NCBI GenBank assembly: GCA_977862235.1
Contig: OZ374566.1
Span: 434,001-498,000, forward strand
Length of the DNA stretch: 64,000 nucleotides
Source: Dudresnaya verticillata
Taxonomy: Eukaryota
Reading direction: 5' to 3'
A program made the position numbers and the translations under genes. A model generated the notes under the pieces. That model was not told where the DNA came from. It searched no databases and saw only the letters and a program-made list of their open reading frames with translations. How positions within the stretch are numbered: position 1 is the stretch's first letter; each line of letters starts with the position of its first letter. Below, one piece after another: positions 1 through 10,285 of the stretch.

Positions 1-523
1 AAAACATCGAAAAATCATGATTACAGCGCAATGCCGAAGGTGATCTACGTAACCATCTTTTCCCGGAGTATAACAGTGCACAACTGTTTTATACTAGAAT
101 GCATTATGGGCCTTTCCGAGCCACGTCACCTTTGCTTTTTTGAACAGTCCGTGATAGGGTTCTGATCTGTATCACAGATCCTACTCCGAGGCCTGACTTG
201 CCTTTGTATGTATCAAAATCAGCCTTCCGGGATGGCATGTCATTTTCAATCATGAAATCAAACAGAACTAACATATTGTGACTACTATGCAGCCAACTCT
301 CCCTGATGACGGTATATTATTTCATTGACCGACTGCCATACAGCCAGCTGGATTGCTTGGATTGAACTGTGCAACCCAAAGAATGAAGAACCTCCTGAGC
401 ATATTCGCAGGAACTTGAAAAAAACAACAAAACTTCCTTCAGCAACACCAACACTTTTCAAGTTTCCTCGTCGATCAAAGCACTCTCAAGAACAACTTTC
501 TTTGCTCCTTTGCGGATACTAAG

Positions 524-1372
524 ATGTCTGAGCGGAAAACAGCACTCTTATTTTTGCTCTTCCTGTTATTTTCCAGAGCAGCAGGCACGTCACACTCTGC
601 AGGGAAAATGAAGCATTTGTCGTCTCGAAACGTCCTTAACATGTGGGAAGGATTTACTTGGGCAAATACTGTCGAAGATGACATTAAGGACATCGGCATC
701 AATGAAGCGTCATGTGATTTAACATTAGCGGCACACTCTAATCGCGTTTTGACTGAAGTGAAGAACCCTTACGCCTTCCTATCCAAGCTAGACGCAACGG
801 ATCTGTGTCGCAACAAATTTACTCGGAAAGTCGACTTCGAGACAAAGGGCTTCATTGCACGAGGCTGCTCGTCCGAAACGACGAGAATGTCAATCCGAGT
901 ATCTTTAAAATTGACAGAGTTTGTCAAAGCATCAATTTACTTTGATATTGATGTTCCTGTCGAAAGTAATGTTCCAGTTCTACAAGGATCGTTCTCTGAT
1001 ACCTGTCGTGTTATTGCTCGAGACGGCCGGAAATTTGTATTTCTGAAGCATGTTGACGTTTACGAGAGCGCAATTGATTCAGCTCCCGGAGAAAACTATT
1101 TTTCGCCAACGACGTCTATTTCCTCAATGCTTGAGTTCGGAGCCAGGGAAATTATTCTCGACGTTCACAATGAGGCTCCGCTACAAATATATATTGTTCT
1201 GTCTTGTTCTGGGAAGCCGGAGCTGGGAACTACTTCGGTAAAATACTGCGCTACTGAGAACGTTGGGAACGTCAGGAAGCTCCTAACTGAGCTTGGCGTT
1301 GAACCAAATCGAGCCCGTTCCTTCATGGTAGCAGGATTTCCTGCCTCCCACTTTACTGAGACGAGACGATAA
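524..1372 (+). CDS. Hypothetical protein, probably secreted (282 aa)
   Basis: Long ATG-initiated ORF in AT-richer DNA. The N-terminus MSERKTALLFLLFLLFSRAAG has basic-hydrophobic-small-residue signal peptide architecture. No family recognised. Confidence 0.6.
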   Translation: MSERKTALLFLLFLLFSRAAGTSHSAGKMKHLSSRNVLNMWEGFTWANTVEDDIKDIGINEASCDLTLAAHSNRVLTEVKNPYAFLSKLDATDLCRNKFTRKVDFETKGFIARGCSSETTRMSIRVSLKLTEFVKASIYFDIDVPVESNVPVLQGSFSDTCRVIARDGRKFVFLKHVDVYESAIDSAPGENYFSPTTSISSMLEFGAREIILDVHNEAPLQIYIVLSCSGKPELGTTSVKYCATENVGNVRKLLTELGVEPNRARSFMVAGFPASHFTETRR

Positions 1373-2203
1373 ATGTTGGGACTGCCAGGGTTGTCGCTGA
1401 TTGAATTTTGGAGTTGAAATCTGCCAGCCTCTATTCGGAAGAGTTCCATTTTGCTCTGCTCGCACATTTGAAAGCGTTTTGAGAGAGCCAAGGGCCTCTG
1501 CTGAGCTCGGGGTTACGTATATGATGCAGCAACGGAAAGTCCCTAGCTCCTAACATAGCATTATCTAGTCAAGAATGATTCAACATAGCTCGCAAATCTC
1601 AGGTTCCAAGGAATTAAAGCAGGGATGCCAGCGAGACCCTCTAATAAAGCAAGAAGTGGTGCGTCTAGTGTGTTAGAATGTTACGGGATGACTCTGATGT
1701 TTCCGGAAACGCTCGAAACAGCGACCATAGTGTTCGGGTCTTCCCTAGTGAGGTCCTCTTCTGGAAAGGGCTAAAGCGTAATTAGAGCAAAGCATGATCT
1801 TATGGAAATGCAGGGAAGCATAGATTCGGTAGGTCTAGTGGTCTATTAATACAGTACAACGCACAGTGCAAGCAGAAGCAATGCACGCCTGCGGCGCGTT
1901 CTTCCCAACGGTTCAACAGTTCCAGAAATTGCAAAATGCTGCACATTTATTGCATTTCCCGGCAATTCAGCTGCAGCACCGACGTGTGCATCTTTTCGTT
2001 TCTACGCAGAAGTCGATCAATCCAGTGTGCAGATCAATGCGGAGCTAGTCGGCCGAGACAGAAGTTTGGCAAACGTTCGGAGATCGATCTTCCAGTAGCC
2101 TTCAAAAGGGAACCCCAGGCAGGGCTCAAAGGCATAGCGTAACGCTCGAACCAACGACTGTGTTTTGAGAGCTGATAACGGCTTGGTTCTGCTTCGTTTC
2201 GTG

Positions 2204-3199
2204 ATGGCGGACGCTACGACCAAGCCAGGGGCCGAGAAGGTTGTGATTATTGGGTCTGGCCCGGCGGCACACACAGCTGCTATTTACTTGTCTCGAGCAG
2301 AGCTGAAGCCGGTGATGTACGAAGGGTTTCTAGCCGCTGGAGTTGCTGCTGGCGGTCAACTAACGACTACGACGGATGTGGAGAACTTCCCGGGGTTCCC
2401 CGATGGCATCGGGGGTCAGGAAATTACGGATCTCTTCCGAAAACAGTCTCTTCGTTTCGGGACGCGTATAGTGACTGAGACTGTGTCGGCCGTCGATATG
2501 TCTGTCCGACCCTTTCGCATCACTGGGGAGTACGGCACGGACTGCACCGCGGACGCTGTTGTGCTGGCAACTGGAGCTACCGCGAGGCGCCTAGACATCC
2601 CTGGGGCTCGTGATGGTGAATACTGGCAACGCGGCGTTAGTGCTTGCGCTGTCTGCGACGGAGCCGCTCCAATTTTCCGAGGCAAGGTCCTTATCGTTAT
2701 CGGCGGCGGCGATTCCGCGATGGAGGAGGCGACGTTCCTGACCAAGTTTGCGTCGAAGGTGTACATCGTTCATCGACGAGATGCTCTCCGCGCGTCGAAG
2801 ATTATGCAGGCGAGGGCGAAGAACCATCCGAAGGTTGAGATTCTGTATTCTCATGTTGTTGATGAGGTCAAGGGCAATGACAAGGTAATGACGTCGGCGA
2901 TCGTGCGTGACTTGAAATTGAAGGAGACCCGGGAAATTGAGTGTGGGGGCTTGTTTTTCGCGATCGGACATGAGCCGAACGTTAAGTTTTTGAACGGACA
3001 AGTTGAGTTGGACGAGCAGAACTACATTATTACAAAGCCGGACTTGACTGAGACGAGCGTGCCCGGGGTGTTCGCGGCAGGAGATGTGCAGGACAAGAAG
3101 TGGAGACAAGCGGTTACTGCGGCCGGAACGGGATGCATGGCTGCTTTAGAGGTTGAGGAGTATTTGGAATCGCTACACGAAGCCGGCGATAAAGCATAG
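2204..3199 (+). CDS. NTR: NADPH-dependent thioredoxin reductase (low-MW NTR/TrxB type)
   Basis: [17 protein letters not shown] motif, [16 protein letters not shown], redox CAVC (SACAVCDG), [15 protein letters not shown] motif, GVFAAGDV and [13 protein letters not shown] at 2204 preferred over the TTG ORF start at 2165. Confidence 0.97.
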   Translation: MADATTKPGAEKVVIIGSGPAAHTAAIYLSRAELKPVMYEGFLAAGVAAGGQLTTTTDVENFPGFPDGIGGQEITDLFRKQSLRFGTRIVTETVSAVDMSVRPFRITGEYGTDCTADAVVLATGATARRLDIPGARDGEYWQRGVSACAVCDGAAPIFRGKVLIVIGGGDSAMEEATFLTKFASKVYIVHRRDALRASKIMQARAKNHPKVEILYSHVVDEVKGNDKVMTSAIVRDLKLKETREIECGGLFFAIGHEPNVKFLNGQVELDEQNYIITKPDLTETSVPGVFAAGDVQDKKWRQAVTAAGTGCMAALEVEEYLESLHEAGDKA

Positions 3200-3376
3200 A
3201 AAATACTGTACATGTAAAGCGCTCTTCATGAAGTGCCTGGGTTCCAGATCATTGTGATGGCAAACTTCGCGACGGATGCAGATTTATGAGACCAAGATTT
3301 GCTTAATACTTCGACTATCCCATAGTACAAGTTAGTTGTGGGAACTGTCAGGGTGGTGCTTCTTGATTAACTGATG

Positions 3377-4012
3377 CTACGGTGGCTTTTTGGTCAAGCC
3401 TGACAACCATGCTAGTCCTGTATCCTGTTTTTCCTGCCCGGCCTCGGATGAAGCCTTCAGACTAGCTAGTACATCATTGATAGACGTCTGCATTGATTCC
3501 CCTTCCGACTTGGCGTTTAGTTGATGGCCCGCAGAAGGCTCCTCCGCAGCTTGCTCCGTCTGATAGAGTGAGCCATCTGGAAACGCTTGCTCGTACTCTG
3601 CCATAAACTTGCGCAGAGCGTATTCGGGATCGTTCGGGTCGAGGCCTCCGGCTGGGGTCGGAAGTTGGTCGACATCCGGTATTGGAGCAAGCGCATCTTT
3701 CAAAGTCCTCTTCACCGCGAGATGCCGCAGTACACGTTCGTCGATCTTCAGCTGTCGGTTGACCTCTTCCAATGCCGCTGGCGATGCGAAGGCGCATACG
3801 TTGACATAGAATCCGGTCTTGTAGGTTTGCTGGTTCTGTCTAATGCGGTAAGCTAGCTCTCTTGGACCGTGCCCGGTGGCACCAAGCGGGTTCACCCTGG
3901 TGACCGTCGCACCATTGTCCATAAAGATGCGACATGCCTTCTTCAGAAGATCTGAGAGCTCGGCGCGGCGCAGGTGGCCGCTAGCGAGGCACAGCACCTC
4001 GTAATACGGCAT
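3377..4012 (-). CDS. Ribosomal protein bS6 family (likely mitochondrial S6) with C-terminal extension
   Basis: MPYYEVLCL start, LG..RELAYRI and EVNRQLKIDERVLRHL are hallmarks of bS6/MRPS6. ATG at 4012. Confidence 0.88.
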   Translation of the reverse strand: MPYYEVLCLASGHLRRAELSDLLKKACRIFMDNGATVTRVNPLGATGHGPRELAYRIRQNQQTYKTGFYVNVCAFASPAALEEVNRQLKIDERVLRHLAVKRTLKDALAPIPDVDQLPTPAGGLDPNDPEYALRKFMAEYEQAFPDGSLYQTEQAAEEPSAGHQLNAKSEGESMQTSINDVLASLKASSEAGQEKQDTGLAWLSGLTKKPP

Positions 4013-4567
4013 GGTTTGGCTTTCACTTTCTGGTAGCTTGTCGCAACTGCGTTGGGTAGACAGAGTCACAGATCAGCTCGAACACATGAAAGGCGAGCTC
4101 GCTGCTAACTATACTGTATTGGGAAGGAGAAGGTGCTCATCGCGCCGCCTTTGACGCAAAAAGGCAGGCTGGGCTGCTCCTTTCGCGGTGAGAGCCGGAT
4201 CCCCGGATCATGCCGAAGCAAGCTCAATTTTTTTGAAGAAATTGGGCCTCGGCTGGCATCACCGTATTCGCTCCCCTCCGAACTTGGCCCTTCGTGCAGC
4301 TACAGCCTTTTCTGACATGTGCAAGCATGAAGCGCTTTGAAGAAGCATTCCCCTACGGCGCACAGTAGATTTCACCGCGGTCCATAGGGAAGCTGGTTTA
4401 ATTCTACGATCTCCGGGAGTGTTACGAGATGCGCTTGGAGACAAGAGCCGAATACCTTATGATTGGAGGCAAGCTTACGAGCTATAGTCGATCTACAGGA
4501 CTAAGCCTCATCGAAATGCAACCCTCGACTAGATAGGGCCCACACGTTAGGATTCAGGTTCCGCCGC

Positions 4568-5449
4568 CTACGTTTTTTTCGAGGGAGCGTAACAGAGCTT
4601 CATGACATACTTGCTCAAGTGAAAGCTGTCCAAACGATCGACATCAGTAATTTTCAATCCTGTGCGAAGTTCGCTGTTGATAATAATTCGTCGTCTGTTC
4701 ACCGGGTCTTGAAGCCCATTCCGCTTGATATAGTCCCATACGGCCTTCACGACCTGCGGTCGCGACAGTCGTGCTTTTCCGTTGCAGATGGGCCGCAGGC
4801 AGGGATCTAATTCCACAGCGGCAAACATGCCCTTTCCTTCTTCTCTCCATACCTTTTGCCTATCAGCAGACTTACTGCCCCGAGTCTCTCTTCTCCGCTT
4901 CTCATCTGTGGCGACAGCACCAATGTCATCCAAGTACTTTCTGAACAACTGATCAGCCTTCTCCTCGTATTCTGGTCCTAGCTCGGACGGATGGGTCAAC
5001 AGTGGACGAAGCAGTTTCTGGATTTGAAGTAATAGATACTCTCCGTCTTGCTTAAAAATATTCTTAAGGGTTTCGTCGCATACGAACCGATGTTTATCAC
5101 CATCAGCATACAAATCATTCTCTCTGATGTACGCGCAAAGCCGCCCGATAAGATCCGCCCGCATCAGCATTTCCTCACCCAGTAGTTCTTGCAGCTCCTT
5201 CGACAGAACCATGGCTGAGTTCATTCCTGTCCTCTTCACGACACGAGGCTTACCGGCTTTCTTTTTCTGAGTTGCGCGCGTTGCCATCATTGTGTTTACC
5301 AAAGTAAACCTCGAGTCATGGCGCGCTTCGTGGCATGCATCTAGTGAGGGTCCCCATCCTCTTCTCGTTAGCTGACACTTGTTAATTGAAGTCTGAATGT
5401 GGCGAACCGTCTGCAAGTGTGCGACTGGACTCGATAGAAGAAACGCCAT
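4568..5449 (-). CDS. Tandem SWIB/MDM2-domain protein, probably plastid-targeted
   Basis: Two SWIB units (LSKELQELLGE..RADLIGRLCAYIRENDL..FVCDETLKNIF and LSRPQVVKAVWDYIKRNGLQDPVNRRRII). MAFLLSS transit-peptide-like start at ATG 5449; an alternative ATG lies at 5467. Confidence 0.85.
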   Translation of the reverse strand: MAFLLSSPVAHLQTVRHIQTSINKCQLTRRGWGPSLDACHEARHDSRFTLVNTMMATRATQKKKAGKPRVVKRTGMNSAMVLSKELQELLGEEMLMRADLIGRLCAYIRENDLYADGDKHRFVCDETLKNIFKQDGEYLLLQIQKLLRPLLTHPSELGPEYEEKADQLFRKYLDDIGAVATDEKRRRETRGSKSADRQKVWREEGKGMFAAVELDPCLRPICNGKARLSRPQVVKAVWDYIKRNGLQDPVNRRRIIINSELRTGLKITDVDRLDSFHLSKYVMKLCYAPSKKT

Positions 5450-5956
5450 CCTGCAGAAGCCTTCCATCCTTGCCGTATCCCGAGTACACGCAGGCACAGC
5501 TGGGAAGGTGTAACTGTGGCTCTTCACTCCTGGTGGTGGACTCGCGAGGGGCAAGAATCCCTTCCGCAACACGGGTGTGCCGAAGACAAGGAGTATGCGA
5601 ACCAGTGGCCGGCAGTGCAATGGGTCCGCCGAAGGATTGCAGTTCACGCACCGTCGAAATGTTCTGGGATGGTTGTCTGCGCCAGGTGAGCTTGAGGTTC
5701 ATCTCAACCCCTGCGAAACAGGCGAAAATGCAATGTTTTTCGCATTAAATCTCGATCGAGATTGCCAGTCCAGGCCTGGGCAGAGCTACAGTATGCACGC
5801 AGCTCTGGGCAGAGCTGTACATGGGTGCTTTTCCTATCCGGCAGAATTGAGCCCCAGAACTTGATGCGGTGCTGCAAATCCAGGCTAGTCGTGACCTTCG
5901 ATCGACAGGTGGGCTGCTCCTAAGGGAGAATCAGGTTCATTACGAAATCGACTTCG

Positions 5957-7931
5957 ATGGCGGGCAGAATTGCTTCTTTCGTATCCCCCAGCCCAAGATT
6001 AGCGCTTTCATACAAGGGCTGCACCAGGTCGGCATTTCACGGTGTTGGCGCACTGAGCCCGCGTTTTGATTCAGTCTCAAGTATTTTATTGTCGAAGGGA
6101 AGGCCCACTCTTCGAATGGTCGCTACAGATGTCTCTGAGCGAAAGGGAAAGAAGAAAAAGTCCTCGAAAGGGAAAGGGGGCTCCGGGAGAAGAGAGAAAA
6201 AGAGCTCTGCCTCTCCTGGGCTGTTAAAAGCTTTAGAGAAGTATGAGCCTGTAATAGGCATCGAGTTTCATGTTCAACTATCGACCAAGACAAAAGCATA
6301 TTGCAAGTGTTCGACGAAGGCCGTGAGAACTCCCAACGTGAACATTTGCCCGGTATGCATGGGATACCCAGGAGCCCTCCCTGTCGTGAATGCCAAGGTC
6401 GTTGAGCTGGCTGCGAAGGCGGGTATGGCGCTTGGGTGTTCAGTATCGAAGAATTCACGTTTTGACCGAAAGAACTATTACTACGTTGACACGGCGAAGA
6501 ACTACCAGATTACGCAGGATTTGTACCCTATCGCGGAGCATGGATCTGTAGAACTTCCAACCTCAGGGAAAGTCATTGGTATCACCAGGCTTCACATGGA
6601 AGAAGATTCCGCGAAGATGTCACACGAGGGTAGTGAAGCATCTGGTCGCCTGACCGATTCCACTCACTCTCTCATTGACTTCAATCGAGCCGGAGTTCCC
6701 CTGATTGAGATTGTCAGTGAGCCGGACATTCGGACTGGCGCCGAGGCGGCGGAGTATGGTCAGGAAGTTCAGCGGATCTTGAGATATGTGGGCACAAGTG
6801 ATTGCAATATGCAGGATGGCAGTATGAGGTGTGATGTAAACGTGTCTATTCGGCCAAAGGGTGAGCAAGAGTTGGGCACAAAAGTGGAGCTAAAGAATCT
6901 GAACTCATTCTCTTCAGCTCAAAAGTCAGTCGACTTTGAGATCGAGCGTCAGGCTGCTGTACTAGAGTCTGGAGGGCAGTTGCAGATGGAGACAAGAACC
7001 TGGGATGAGAAAACGAGCGAAACTAAGACCATGCGCGTGAAAGAAGGTGCATCTGACTACAGGTACTTCCCAGAACCGGATCTACCACCACTTTGCTTAA
7101 GTGAAGAACAGCTGACAGAGTGGGGGGCTTCTCTACCGGAACTTCCTGCGGAGAAGAGGGCACGGTATCAAGACAAATTTGATCTATCGAACTACGACGC
7201 ATTCTTGTTATCCGACGACGTCGATGTAGCGAAGTATTTCGAAGATACAATTGCAGCTGGCGGCGACGCGAAGCAGGCTGCGAACTGGATAATGGGCGAC
7301 GTGACTAAAGTGCTCAAGACCGAAAAGATGGGTATCAAGCTGTGCAAGATGGGACCGCAACAACTAGCGGAGATGATCGGGATGATTGGCGACGGGACGA
7401 TCAGCGGCAAGATTGGAAAGGAGCTTGTTCCTGAGCTGGTCATAAAGGGCGGTAGCCCTGTCCAAATTGTGGAAGAAAGGTAAGAACGATCCAGGGCTTA
7501 TTCAGGAACACTGACCTTCACCCGAATACTGCTGAGATATTCTAACAATATTGTGTTTCCTCGCTCGTGTACAGGAACTTGAAACAAATATCAGACCCTG
7601 CTGTTATCCGGGACATTGTAACTGAGGTGGTCAGTGCGAACCCGAACGAACTGGCTGCTTATAAGGAGGTAAGTTTGATTCTTGATGTACAGCTTGATGT
7701 ACAGCTTGACGAACAGCTTAATGTGCAGCTTGGTGATGCGCAAAACAACTCACGTTTCGAGCTAACCTGTGTTGTCTAACTTCCCTGTCCAATGTCGATG
7801 CTGTTTTCCTGGTCTTTCAGGGCAAGACGAGGCTGCTTGGATTCTTTGTTGGCAAGGTTCTTGCAGCATCAGGAGGGAAAGCAGACCCTGCCATCACAAA
7901 CACTATTTTGAAAGAAGTTCTCGACGCATAG
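5957..7931 (+). CDS. gatB: Glu-tRNA(Gln) amidotransferase subunit B, organellar; 3 exons
   Basis: IGIEFHVQL, CPVCMGYPGALP, FDRKNYYY, DFNRAGVPLIEIVSEPD, RCDVNVS and YRYFPEPDLPP. Exons 5957-7479, 7575-7668, 7821-7931. GT-AG introns 7480-7574 and 7669-7820 carry CTAAC branch points. Splicing restores ..VEERNLKQISD..YKEGKTRLLGFFVGKV..GKADP. Confidence 0.96.
7681..7740 (+). repeat. Degenerate 12-bp tandem repeat (CTTGATGTACAG) x5 in gatB intron 2
   Basis: cttgatgtacag cttgatgtacag cttgacgaacag cttaatgtgcag cttggtgatgcg. Confidence 0.85.
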
Positions 7932-8348
7932 AGTGCTGGGATGTCCCCTTGTATAGAAGGGTACCAAGAGGGGCATCCTGGTTCGGGGTGTCCTGGGTAC
8001 CGTACAAGCGAATAGCTTGCTGCAGGCTTTATCTAGTGTTCAACTGCCGTGGCTCTGCGGTGCAAATTTTTGCATGGGGCCCTTCGGCCCACTTGGATAT
8101 TGAAATTTGCAAAATTCTGAAGGGATGGTCACCTCCTAGAGTAAATATCTGCTCTACGGGTCCTGACACATTCATTCTGCTCTCCCTCCATACGGGTCGC
8201 AACACGTCACGATATCTGCCTTGGGTTGTCGCACGCACACTTCTCTCACCTACTAGTTTACTCTTCGACGGTGACGCTCACTGAAGCGGTACGTCAAAGC
8301 TGTGCTTGGGAGCGCGCCCTCTGTCGGACATTCATCAAGTCGAGAAGT

Positions 8349-8897
8349 ATGACGCCCCTTGCTTTCTCGTCACCAGTTGGGCTTCTGGCTGATGAATCTC
8401 AAACATCCTCGGCATGGACCTCAAGCTGCTGGCCCGTACGATTCGCTTGCGCAAAAACGCGGATCCGAAGGGTACCAGTGCCAGTACGCATGTCGTCGTT
8501 ACCGGAACCGGAACGGAACGGGAGCTCTGCAGATGATGAAGCGCTCAACAAAGAATTGCAGCAGAAGGTGAACGAACTGTTCGGCAGCCGAAACAATGTG
8601 TCTATTGACGTGGAGACTGATTCCGGAGTTCAGTTTACTGTGCGGAAGAGGGAAGTCCAAGCAGAGTATCAAGAAACAAAAGCCGCCTGGACAGTCATTT
8701 CTTCTATTGCCGTACTTTCAATCGTTGCTGGTGTTGCCGTTACAGCACTTTTCTTTTCCGGGGCTATACACGGCGCTGAAGTAGCTACCAGAACATACGA
8801 TATGCCTACGTATGGAAAAAGCTCCTACATTAACCCATATGAACTGCTGGAGGATGATAGGCAGGTACAGGAAGCTCAAAGCCAAATAGAGCCATAG
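8349..8897 (+). CDS. Hypothetical plastid-targeted single-pass membrane protein
   Basis: ATG 8349 gives a Ser/Arg-rich transit-like N-terminus (MTPLAFSS..VPVRM), an acidic domain and a hydrophobic segment AWTVISSIAVLSIVAGVAVTALFFSGAI. Confidence 0.75.
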   Translation: MTPLAFSSPVGLLADESQTSSAWTSSCWPVRFACAKTRIRRVPVPVRMSSLPEPERNGSSADDEALNKELQQKVNELFGSRNNVSIDVETDSGVQFTVRKREVQAEYQETKAAWTVISSIAVLSIVAGVAVTALFFSGAIHGAEVATRTYDMPTYGKSSYINPYELLEDDRQVQEAQSQIEP

Positions 8898-9095
8898 ATG
8901 TTGCATCTTTGTGTGTTTCCATTCAGCAGGGCCTACTAAGCCTTCCAGCAAGGGCCTTAATTCTTCTAACGACGTTTTTTCTGCACACAAGATGCCGTAC
9001 GGATACGGGGCGATACTCGATTCATGTACTTGATGATTGCCTTTGTGAGAAACGATAAAGCAGCATATACATTGCCTACGGATACAGAGAATATA

Positions 9096-9851
9096 TCACT
9101 TCTTCTTCTTCCCCTTCTTCTTTCGTCCCGTCGCTGGTCCAGCCTCGGGTGCAGGCTGCGCAACACCTCCGGCTGGTTGACTTGCTAAACTGAACTCGAA
9201 TTCGCCTTTCGTCACGCGACCAAGATCCTTCATCAACAGGTCGTAAGAGTGGATGTCTACATCGAACTTAGCCTGTGCGCCATACGTCTCGCGAGTTACC
9301 GTGGCGTGCTTCCTGATAACTGATGATACTTGCCCTGAAAACTTTGTAGGCACTGCGATGGTGCCTTCCATTTCTCCAGCACCCTTCTTCATCGGCATGA
9401 CAGCAGCAAGCTTCGAGAACATTGCAGTGACCTGGCGTTGGGCATCCACGTCGACATCAATCCTTGGCTTAATTTGCCCAAGCGCGTTCTCAATACGCGT
9501 GATTGGAAGCGGGCGGCCATCTGGCGAAACATAGTTCTTTTGGATGGCTGTCAGAATCTCATGCCGCTTCGCGTCCAGCTTCTCCTTCCTTTCCCCGGCA
9601 CTCTCCTGCGCCTCACCCTTTCGCAGAATGTGGTCCAACACCTCTTCAACATTGTCAGTATCGAAAGCGTCCTTCAGCTGCTCCGCACTGGCCTTTGTGC
9701 CCTTGCTGGCATTAAGGAAAACAACTGGCGTTACAACAACGTCATCGATGCGATTCACAGACCCTTCCCGAAACTTGTTTACCATCCCCTCCTGAACCAT
9801 GACCTCGTAGGTCTTCTTGCCCTTCTTCAGGCGAACAAGCATCTCAGGCAT
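9096..9851 (-). CDS. SBDS/Sdo1-family ribosome maturation protein (divergent)
   Basis: VRLKKGKKTYEV, VFLNASKG..AS.EQLKDAFDTD, ILRKGE.Q and RPLPITRIENAL follow the SBDS three-domain layout. Lys-rich tail. Confidence 0.88.
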   Translation of the reverse strand: MPEMLVRLKKGKKTYEVMVQEGMVNKFREGSVNRIDDVVVTPVVFLNASKGTKASAEQLKDAFDTDNVEEVLDHILRKGEAQESAGERKEKLDAKRHEILTAIQKNYVSPDGRPLPITRIENALGQIKPRIDVDVDAQRQVTAMFSKLAAVMPMKKGAGEMEGTIAVPTKFSGQVSSVIRKHATVTRETYGAQAKFDVDIHSYDLLMKDLGRVTKGEFEFSLASQPAGGVAQPAPEAGPATGRKKKGKKKK

Positions 9852-10285
9852 GGTGTGGGAGAAACAGCGCCTTGGTGCGCGCTAGAAAGTCAAATTCACG
9901 AGAAGCGCGGTTCGAGGCATGCGCTTCGCAGGAAGGCTTCGTGCTTATAAGAAGTAGAGCTGCTGCCCGACGACGCCTCGGTTCTTTGGCGCGCTTCCGC
10001 CTTTTAAGTTACACGCCAGGCGCCACTGGCGACCTGCAAGGACGACCTCACCTGACCGGAGCACGCGTGCAGAACAAAAAAAAAAATCTGCAGGCGAGAG
10101 TAGAAATGCAGAGCGCCTGATGCAGGTCCATCCAGTGGGCTTCGAGTTATAGCTTGAATATAATCCAGAAAGCGCTTGTACTGTAAAAATCCACTGCTGG
10201 GGTCCTACTGTACTGCCTATGCTCAGGCAAATGCAACGCAAGTGCTTCCTCGCAGCGCACATGCAAGCCTTCGAATTGGGGCTGT

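Noticed and set aside
7769..8284. 171-aa + strand ORF after gatB
   Set aside because: Out-of-frame overlap with gatB intron 2, exon 3 and the 3' UTR.
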